IMG/VR virus record: IMGVR_UViG_3300043395_001073
Span: 1 to 24,371 of that record
Source: a virus
Taxonomy: Duplodnaviria; Caudoviricetes
Direction: 5' to 3' (one strand)
DNA: 24,371 nt
Below the pieces are notes generated by a model. The model was given only the letters and a program-made list of their open reading frames with translations, did no database searches and was not told the origin of the DNA. Made by a program: the position numbers and the translations under genes. Shown here one piece after another: positions 19,528 to 24,371 of the stretch. Within the stretch, counting starts at the first letter, position 1. Each line of letters begins with the position of its first letter.

Positions 19528-19768
19528 GTTCACTCTGAGGGGGGTCTGCGGCACTTTTTTACCTGCGGATTTTTTTATCTGTGGGGGTTTCGGAGACCCT
19601 TTTATACCCTGGGATTTTTTTAAGAGAGTGATATCTCTCTCTCGATTTGTCACCTCTGGAGGTCAGGGGGACCCGTTAATTTAGCTATAGGGACGCTATG
19701 CCCGCATATACGCGGCACATAAGCATCGGTATACTGTGGTTCACGAATGCTCCGAACGAATAGCATAA

Positions 19769-19788
19769 GGGGAGCAACTGTGCCCCCC
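19769..19788 (-). terminator. probable terminator ending the small-gene array
   Basis: Minus strand GGGGGGCA-CAGT-TGCTCCCC (8 bp, one G-U) followed by TTATGCT (weak U tract), 14 nt after the last small ORF stop. Confidence 0.55.
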
Positions 19789-19802
19789 GTTATACTCAAG
19801 AA

Positions 19803-19976
19803 TCAGAACCCTGCCCACTCTAATAGATCTTGAGCATTCACTCTGTCACCATAAGAGCAGGCAGCAAATGTAGCAAGAAACTCATCATACCAGTCAAACC
19901 TTTGAGCAAATCTGTATGCTTGCTTCCAGGTAATGTAACCTTCAGAATCAGCAGAGTTGAGAAGAGAATGTTTCAT
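19803..19976 (-). CDS. hypothetical protein (57 aa)
   Basis: Not in track: MKHSLLNSADSEGYITWKQAYRFAQRFDWYDEFLATFAACSYGDRVNAQDLLEWAGF; TGA-ATC-ATG junction with the upstream ORF. Confidence 0.7.
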   Translation of the reverse strand: MKHSLLNSADSEGYITWKQAYRFAQRFDWYDEFLATFAACSYGDRVNAQDLLEWAGF

Positions 19977-19979
19977 GAT

Positions 19980-20123
19980 TCAGAATCCAGGACCATTCAG
20001 TTGAGGAACACTTTCAGAAACTGAATTATCATCGTTCCCAACAGTAAGTGCGTCCAGAATCTCCAGAATTTGCTCACCATTTTGACCTTTGGAAAGAAGG
20101 GAAATCAGAACTTCGCGAGTCAT
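19980..20123 (-). CDS. hypothetical protein (47 aa)
   Basis: Not in track: MTREVLISLLSKGQNGEQILEILDALTVGNDDNSVSESVPQLNGPGF; tight packing in the array. Confidence 0.7.
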   Translation of the reverse strand: MTREVLISLLSKGQNGEQILEILDALTVGNDDNSVSESVPQLNGPGF

Positions 20124-20181
20124 GTTAAATCTCAGAATGAATAGAGTGAGTGTAACTTTAGGGCAAACACATTCCCATCAA

Positions 20182-20361
20182 TCAGTTAATGTAGGAAGGC
20201 GGAATGTAAGAAGAATCCACCTGAAGAATACCATCAACCACAAACTCTTGCACCAGATAGGGTATAGGCAACCCGTACTGAATGCTCATCGCTTCCAATT
20301 CACGTAGCACCTCTTGAGGATCAGTAAAAGGGCGAAAGTGTGTGGGGGTAAAGTCTTTCAT
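20182..20361 (-). CDS. hypothetical protein (59 aa)
   Basis: Not in track: MKDFTPTHFRPFTDPQEVLRELEAMSIQYGLPIPYLVQEFVVDGILQVDSSYIPPSYIN. Confidence 0.65.
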   Translation of the reverse strand: MKDFTPTHFRPFTDPQEVLRELEAMSIQYGLPIPYLVQEFVVDGILQVDSSYIPPSYIN

Positions 20362-20382
20362 GATCTTAAGAGTTAGAGTGAA

Positions 20383-20529
20383 TCAGCGATCGAACAGAAG
20401 GGAAACGAAGTCTTCAACTGTACGCTCCTTCTGTGCCTTCTGGATTGCCTCTTTGCACTGTGCCTCAATCTCCTTCAGGGAGAACTTAGAGGGGGTGTTG
20501 AGAGCGTTACGACGGGTCATTCCGGTCAT
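20383..20529 (-). CDS. hypothetical protein (48 aa)
   Basis: Not in track: MTGMTRRNALNTPSKFSLKEIEAQCKEAIQKAQKERTVEDFVSLLFDR; first gene after promoter copy 1; could start at the second Met. Confidence 0.7.
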   Translation of the reverse strand: MTGMTRRNALNTPSKFSLKEIEAQCKEAIQKAQKERTVEDFVSLLFDR

Positions 20530-20574
20530 GATTTGAATTGCGGTGGGGGTGGTTGTTTCCCCCCTGACTCTTTC

Positions 20575-20620
20575 AGTATAGGGTCAGGGGAGTCGTTGGA
20601 AGGTTTTTCAGCGGATCTGC
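20575..20620 (-). promoter_or_regulatory. early-type promoter copy 1: GCAGATCC-GCTGAAAA-N24-TATACT
   Basis: One of five intergenic copies of the same architecture. Confidence 0.7.
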
Positions 20621-20621
20621 T

Positions 20622-20819
20622 TCACGCAGGAATGATGTTGTATTCGATGGACTTAATGCACCAACCTGTATTGTTGGTGATGCAATCTACCAATTCATCT
20701 TCACTCTCCGGAGTCCACAGACAGGAAGTTACACTCTCTACAATCTCTTGCTTTTCATCATCTGTGAGATCTTCATAATCAAAATCAAAGTCGATTGCTG
20801 TCACTTCGTAATAGTTCAT
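20622..20819 (-). CDS. acidic hypothetical protein (65 aa)
   Basis: ORF track; IDFDFD...DELVDCIT..TGWCIKSIEY resembles small cyanophage proteins; TGA-ATC-ATG junction. Confidence 0.75.
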   Translation of the reverse strand: MNYYEVTAIDFDFDYEDLTDDEKQEIVESVTSCLWTPESEDELVDCITNNTGWCIKSIEYNIIPA

Positions 20820-20822
20820 GAT

Positions 20823-20987
20823 TCAATCAACGACAGAGTACCAAGCAACGGATCCAGGAATACCACTCAACCAGAGAGAATCATTCCGGGAATCGCAATA
20901 GTCTTGTGCTTCATCTTCGGTAGAAAAAGGTCCGATGTATTCGGGGGATTCCAGATACTCGGACCAGAAGCAAACGGTATAGGTCAT
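20823..20987 (-). CDS. hypothetical protein (54 aa)
   Basis: Start moved to MTYTVCFWSEYLESPEYIGPFSTEDEAQDYC... (ATG 20987, 2 nt after the upstream stop); the longer track ORF overlaps the upstream gene. Confidence 0.7.
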   Translation of the reverse strand: MTYTVCFWSEYLESPEYIGPFSTEDEAQDYCDSRNDSLWLSGIPGSVAWYSVVD

Positions 20988-20989
20988 GA

Positions 20990-21313
20990 TCAGAACCTCA
21001 TGCCAGAAAAGAAAGGAACAGTGGTCAAACCTTGAACAGAGTTCAGTTGAACAAACCACTCACCTGCCTTTTGAAAGACACGATCACCGGTCTCACCGTT
21101 GGCAGAAAGAATAGCGTTCAGACGGGATTTGGTCGTGTTCGACTGATATCCACCGTCAAAGAGTTCGATCCAGGTTTCGCCAATCCGGGCGATCAGATTG
21201 CCATGAAGAAAGACATCAGAAACGTGAGAACAGGAGATGACTTCAGTGTTGTCACACTTCCAATCGCGACCTGCTTTGATCGCGGCGTTCATTTGGGATT
21301 CGATCTTACGCAT
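20990..21313 (-). CDS. conserved phage hypothetical protein (107 aa)
   Basis: Start moved to MRKIESQMNAAIK (the track extension lies in promoter copy 2); LHGNLIA and GGYQSNTTKSRLNAIL are recurrent in small cyanophage proteins. Confidence 0.8.
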   Translation of the reverse strand: MRKIESQMNAAIKAGRDWKCDNTEVISCSHVSDVFLHGNLIARIGETWIELFDGGYQSNTTKSRLNAILSANGETGDRVFQKAGEWFVQLNSVQGLTTVPFFSGMRF

Positions 21314-21371
21314 GGTTCGGGAAGCGAAGGGTTGAAGGTGGGAGGGAGGTCTCTCCCCCCCTGGTATCTTC

Positions 21372-21417
21372 ATCATACCCTGCCGGAGGTCGTTGGCGGG
21401 GTTTTCAGCACTTGTGC
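21372..21417 (-). promoter_or_regulatory. early-type promoter copy 2: GCACAAGT-GCTGAAAA-N24-TATGAT
   Basis: Same architecture; followed by a G/C hairpin in the leader. Confidence 0.7.
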
Positions 21418-21429
21418 ATCACATGGGCA

Positions 21430-21819
21430 TCAGTCAGACATGAGATCCCAACCGTGACGGGCGCTGCACTTAGCGTAGATTGGGGGCACACCAGGGACAG
21501 CATCTTTTGCCAGTTGGGCAATACGATCGGTGGGAATCGTATCGGCGCTGCAGTATTCTTTCCAACCAGTTGGCGTCACAACAGCGAAACCTTTTGCGGT
21601 GTCGCTATAACGCATGATATCATCTTTGGTGAAAGCAACAGCAGTACCATCATAATCGGAACCACCAACAACGGCACCATCTTTTATGATTACATAATCG
21701 GGACGATGACCATGAGTTGTATAGTATGCGCCATCAGGAATTGTGACACCTACAGTTTGAGCGCAGGCAGTGAGCATCAGACTCATGACTGCTAGAGTAG
21801 CGGTGAAGAGTTTGGTCAT
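21430..21819 (-). CDS. putative lipoprotein (129 aa)
   Basis: MTK, then hydrophobic LFTATLAVMSLM, then lipobox LTAC (Cys19); AGGAG RBS 7 nt upstream. Confidence 0.7.
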   Translation of the reverse strand: MTKLFTATLAVMSLMLTACAQTVGVTIPDGAYYTTHGHRPDYVIIKDGAVVGGSDYDGTAVAFTKDDIMRYSDTAKGFAVVTPTGWKEYCSADTIPTDRIAQLAKDAVPGVPPIYAKCSARHGWDLMSD

Positions 21820-21847
21820 GGGTTGGCTCCTTTGCCTCTCTGATATC

Positions 21848-21892
21848 AGTGTATCCCCCGCCGGGGAAATGGCGGGGTTTCAGCGTATCTAC
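21848..21892 (-). promoter_or_regulatory. early-type promoter copy 3: GTAGATAC-GCTGAAAC-N23-TACACT
   Basis: Same architecture, directly upstream of the lipoprotein gene. Confidence 0.65.
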
Positions 21893-21893
21893 A

Positions 21894-22046
21894 TCAAACT
21901 GCACGAAGGTGCTTCCGGGTGTCAAATCCCTTAGCGTGCTCTTCCTTGCGCAGTTTAGCAGCAAGTTCAGCAAGTGAAATGGGTTGTGAGTTCTCAACCA
22001 TCACCAGCAGATGAGACTTCAGATCACAAGCAAGTTGGTAGGACAT
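21894..22046 (-). CDS. hypothetical protein (50 aa)
   Basis: Not in track: MSYQLACDLKSHLLVMVENSQPISLAELAAKLRKEEHAKGFDTRKHLRAV; ATG 1 nt after the upstream TGA; stop abuts promoter copy 3. Confidence 0.6.
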   Translation of the reverse strand: MSYQLACDLKSHLLVMVENSQPISLAELAAKLRKEEHAKGFDTRKHLRAV

Positions 22047-22047
22047 T

Positions 22048-22167
22048 TCAGTTAGCAAGAACGTGACAGGAATTCAGTGAACCATACACATTGAAGGCAT
22101 AATAGTATCCTTCAACTTTAGTGAAAAAGCAGCAAACGGGATAACCGTTATGATAAAGAGTGAACAT
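22048..22167 (-). CDS. hypothetical protein (39 aa)
   Basis: Not in track: MFTLYHNGYPVCCFFTKVEGYYYAFNVYGSLNSCHVLAN; TAA-ATC-ATG junction upstream and TGA-A-ATG downstream fill the gap exactly. Confidence 0.55.
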   Translation of the reverse strand: MFTLYHNGYPVCCFFTKVEGYYYAFNVYGSLNSCHVLAN

Positions 22168-22170
22168 GAT

Positions 22171-22350
22171 TTACATTCCGTTGAGAAAGTCAGCAAGTGC
22201 CTCATCATACTCTTCTTGAGAGTTGTAGACACGACCATGAATGTTGAGAGGGAAAGTCTTTTTGAGACCAGCAACTGCCACCGTCTGACAGTCTGCCTCA
22301 TCGTATCCCATCTCCATCAGGGTCTGCACGTAAGGGTTGCGGTGGGTCAT
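22171..22350 (-). CDS. hypothetical protein (59 aa)
   Basis: Start moved to MTHRNPYVQTLMEMGYDEADC...FPLNIHGRVYNSQEEYDEALADFLNGM; the track extension runs through promoter copy 4. Confidence 0.75.
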   Translation of the reverse strand: MTHRNPYVQTLMEMGYDEADCQTVAVAGLKKTFPLNIHGRVYNSQEEYDEALADFLNGM

Positions 22351-22374
22351 GAGGTCTCTTTCCTTGGTATCTTC

Positions 22375-22421
22375 ATAATACCCCCCTGGCACCCCCATGG
22401 CAAGGTTTTCAGCGATTCTGC
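22375..22421 (-). promoter_or_regulatory. early-type promoter copy 4: GCAGAATC-GCTGAAAA-N25-TATTAT (contains TTGCCA-N17-TATTAT)
   Basis: Same architecture; the only copy with a recognisable -35. Confidence 0.7.
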
Positions 22422-22430
22422 AGCAGATCT

Positions 22431-22736
22431 TCACACTCCGTAGATTTTAACACTTTGATCCACGAAGAATGCTTCAAATTCATTCTCCTGCACATAATCG
22501 CTGCAGTAACCTACACTCCAATCCGAAGTCTTACCTTCGAGTGCAACTTCATCTTCAATATGCCAGAAATCTTGATCATAAGAGATCAGCACTTGATAAA
22601 AGTAACGACCAGAATCCAGAAGATCGTTGAATGCCAAACGTGCTTCGAATTCATCAGCATAATCAAAATGATCATTCCAGACACTATCATCGACAGCAAG
22701 GAATCCTGCCCCGACGATCACGAAACGCTCAGACAT
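22431..22736 (-). CDS. acidic hypothetical protein (101 aa)
   Basis: Start moved to MSERFVIVGAG (ATG 22736); the track start lies in promoter copy 5. Confidence 0.7.
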   Translation of the reverse strand: MSERFVIVGAGFLAVDDSVWNDHFDYADEFEARLAFNDLLDSGRYFYQVLISYDQDFWHIEDEVALEGKTSDWSVGYCSDYVQENEFEAFFVDQSVKIYGV

Positions 22737-22760
22737 GGTGTGGGTTGCTTGAGTAATTTC

Positions 22761-22806
22761 ATCATACGGCACCAGATGCCCCTAGAAGGGTTTTCAGCAC
22801 ATCAGC
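22761..22806 (-). promoter_or_regulatory. early-type promoter copy 5: GCTGATGT-GCTGAAAA-N24-TATGAT
   Basis: Same architecture; overlaps the stop codon of the upstream gene. Confidence 0.7.
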
Positions 22807-23149
22807 GGCGGGAGAGCATCATCCGTGCAGCACGACCGCTGTTATACGTCCAAAGAACGGCAGATGCGAATCGATTCTTTACATCTTCACCGTTCACTTC
22901 CCACCATAGTTGTACATAAACAACTGCATCTTTGAGGAATGTGTATACCTTACGAAGGAATGCAATTATATCATCACCATGCTCATTCCAGAATTTACGA
23001 ATAAAGCTATACACAAAGATTGCAGTTGCAACAAGAATAGCAACTAGTTCAGCAGTAAGTGTAACTAACTGATTCAGGTGCTTCTTATAATCAATTGACG
23101 AAAGTGTATTCAGTAGATCATCCACAGGGGGAAAAGATTTGGTGTTCAT
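22802..23149 (-). CDS. hypothetical protein with one predicted transmembrane helix (115 aa)
   Basis: Hydrophobic LVAILVATAIFVYSFI followed by RKFW; ATC-ATG start context as in neighbours. Confidence 0.7.
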   Translation of the reverse strand: MNTKSFPPVDDLLNTLSSIDYKKHLNQLVTLTAELVAILVATAIFVYSFIRKFWNEHGDDIIAFLRKVYTFLKDAVVYVQLWWEVNGEDVKNRFASAVLWTYNSGRAARMMLSRR

Positions 23150-23266
23150 GATTTGAAAAGAATTAATTTGGGGTGGGGCAATCCGTCTGCCTCCACATTC
23201 ACATCATATCACCCATGAGACACGTGACGTGCTGCATATACGCTACACATGTGACGCGCAGCACAT

Positions 23267-23434
23267 TTACCACACATCTAGATCACTCAGGTCCTTTATA
23301 TCAACACTAAGATGTTCGTTGCCTTCTAGTTTTAAAATGGCATCCCAATCTAACTCTCTGGGATCGAAGTCACTCATAACTTCTAGATCTAGAGTGATTT
23401 GGTACTTCTGTAGCTGACATTCCTGATAAACCAT
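23267..23434 (-). CDS. hypothetical protein (55 aa), first gene of the array
   Basis: Not in track: MVYQECQLQKYQITLDLEVMSDFDPRELDWDAILKLEGNEHLSVDIKDLSDLDVW; GAGGG upstream and a promoter at 23462-23490. Confidence 0.75.
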   Translation of the reverse strand: MVYQECQLQKYQITLDLEVMSDFDPRELDWDAILKLEGNEHLSVDIKDLSDLDVW

Positions 23435-23461
23435 TTTAGACCCTCGAACTCTGCTAAGGTT

Positions 23462-23490
23462 ATTCTACTATGATCTAGATGATTGTGCAA
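23462..23490 (-). promoter_or_regulatory. sigma70-like promoter TTGCAC-N17-TAGAAT
   Basis: -35 at 23485-23490, -10 at 23462-23467, upstream of the ATG at 23434. Confidence 0.55.
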
Positions 23491-23548
23491 GTATGAATGT
23501 ATATATGATGCATGATTCAAATTTATGATGTTATGTGTGCATATGCCA

Positions 23549-23883
23549 ATCTAGTTGTGTATGCAGCATATGTACATGAATCTAGATGTATATGTGATAC
23601 ATGATGATGAATCTAGTTGCGTATCTAGTTGAATCTAGTTGTATATGTGATGTGTATATATGCTGCGGATCTAGATGTGCAATCTAGTTGTGTATATGAT
23701 GCATGATGTGAATCTAGTTGCATATGTGCTGCGGATCTAGTTGCAGAAATCTAGTTGCATATATGCTGCGGATCTAGATGTGCAATCTAGTTGTGTATAT
23801 GATGCATGATGTGAATCTAGTTGCATATGTGCTGCGGATCTAGTTGCAGAAATCTAGTTGCATATATGCTGCGGATCTAGTTG
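23549..23883 (+). repeat. array of 16 co-oriented ATCTAG(T/A)TG repeats
   Basis: Starts at 23549, 23580, 23611, 23623, 23633, 23669, 23682, 23712, 23735, 23749, 23772, 23785, 23815, 23838, 23852, 23875. Confidence 0.9.
23656..23880 (+). repeat. 103-bp perfect tandem repeat (2 copies plus 19-nt partial)
   Basis: 23656-23758 is identical to 23759-23861; the third copy diverges after 23880. Confidence 0.9.
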
Positions 23884-23885
23884 CG

Positions 23886-23966
23886 TTTTCAGCGGTCCTG
23901 GGGGGATTTTGCAGCGTCCCCGGTGGAAATTTTCCGCGTCCGGGGGTTGACAAACTGCGCGTCCGG
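23886..23966. repeat. degenerate 22-bp-period repeat carrying GCTGAAAA-like boxes
   Basis: Plus strand TTTTCAGCGGTCC (23886), TTTGCAGCGTCC (23908), TTTTCCGCGTCC (23930), then GCGTCC at 23959. Confidence 0.65.
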
Positions 23967-23975
23967 TGCTAAGCT
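23947..23975 (+). promoter_or_regulatory. divergent sigma70-like promoter TTGACA-N17-TAAGCT with extended -10 TG
   Basis: Perfect -35, 17-nt spacer, TGC immediately before TAAGCT. Confidence 0.65.
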
Positions 23976-24068
23976 GGCTAAGATCGCGGGACCAGGAGGG
24001 ATTTAAATGATTCTCTAGCACATAAGTCCAGAGGGTTTAAATAACACAATTACAGGAGAGTAAACAAC

Positions 24069-24236
24069 ATGCCAGACACACCATCAAATGCAGATAAACG
24101 TCCTTCACCTAATCTACCTGAACAAGCATCTATACCTGATCTTAGATTAATTATACCAGATCATGCTCCACTACCTCATCCACTAATTACAGATCTAACT
24201 ACTAATCCCCCTTCTGGTACACTTATTGAACCATAA
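24069..24236 (+). CDS. small proline-rich hypothetical protein (55 aa)
   Basis: Not in track: MPDTPSNADKRPSPNLPEQASIPDLRLIIPDHAPLPHPLITDLTTNPPSGTLIEP; AGGAG at 24054-24058 and late-type TTTAAATA at 24036-24043. Confidence 0.55.
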   Translation: MPDTPSNADKRPSPNLPEQASIPDLRLIIPDHAPLPHPLITDLTTNPPSGTLIEP

Positions 24237-24315
24237 TACCAATAACTAAACCTTTTATTTATTTCACTAAAACATATATAATTTTTCATTTACCAAACAT
24301 TAACAATTGTTTAAT

Positions 24316-24371
24316 ATGACAAATACTGGTACAATATACCTCATACTGAATAGAATCAACGGACACAAATA
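24316..24371 (+). CDS. probable GIY-YIG (Seg-like) endonuclease, N-terminal fragment
   Basis: MTNTGTIYLILNRINGHK(Y), matching the IY.I.N..NGK.Y[IV]G first motif of GIY-YIG nucleases; only 18 codons are visible. Confidence 0.55.
   Translation, partial: MTNTGTIYLILNRINGHK

Noticed and set aside
19530-19800. tRNA gene
   Set aside because: Hairpins are present but there is no cloverleaf or T-loop GTTCRA consensus in the right context.
20160-20210. c-di-GMP-I (GEMM) riboswitch suggested by AGGGCAAACACATTC on +
   Set aside because: No GNRA-capped P2, no GACGCAAAG or receptor segment, and it is antisense to the surrounding genes.
20575-22806. Integron cassette array (attC sites)
   Set aside because: Elements lack RYYYAAC/GTTRRRY ends and long attC-type dyad symmetry, contain -10 boxes, and no integrase is in the window.
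19830-23417. Plus-strand track ORFs in the small-gene region, and minus ORFs 21734-21997 and 22074-22301
   Set aside because: They overlap a non-overlapping, tightly tiled set of minus-strand genes and run through promoter elements.
23549-23885. CRISPR array
   Set aside because: Repeats are only 9 nt, irregularly spaced, and the intervening sequence is itself repetitive; no unique spacers and no cas genes.

Overview
Segment of a T4-like myovirus genome. Gene content and order match T4-like cyanophages (Kyanoviridae-like), although no host-diagnostic gene is in the window. Bases 1-19.5 kb are a minus-strand late/structural block: GT-A-like conserved protein, small basic protein, hypothetical, baseplate gp25, gp6, a giant 4365-aa gp7-like wedge protein, gp8, and the N-terminus of a VrlC-like protein. 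T4 late-promoter-like TAAATA boxes lie in the intergenic gaps. Bases 19.8-23.4 kb are an accessory array of 14 small minus-strand genes, half of them missing from the ORF track. The array is split into modules by five copies of a shared promoter architecture: (GCAGA-N3)-GCTGAAAA box, then 23-25 nt, then a -10 hexamer, with only a weak -35. Bases 23.5-24.0 kb are a non-coding control region with 16 co-oriented ATCTAG(T/A)TG repeats, a perfect 103-bp tandem duplication, and a 22-bp-phased set of GCTGAAAA-like boxes between divergent sigma70-like promoters. A Pro-rich small ORF and the start of a probable GIY-YIG endonuclease follow on the plus strand. The most interesting signal is that the same DNA box appears at each small-gene promoter and in the iteron-like region. 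All motif and small-ORF calls were made by eye, and their functions are inferred.
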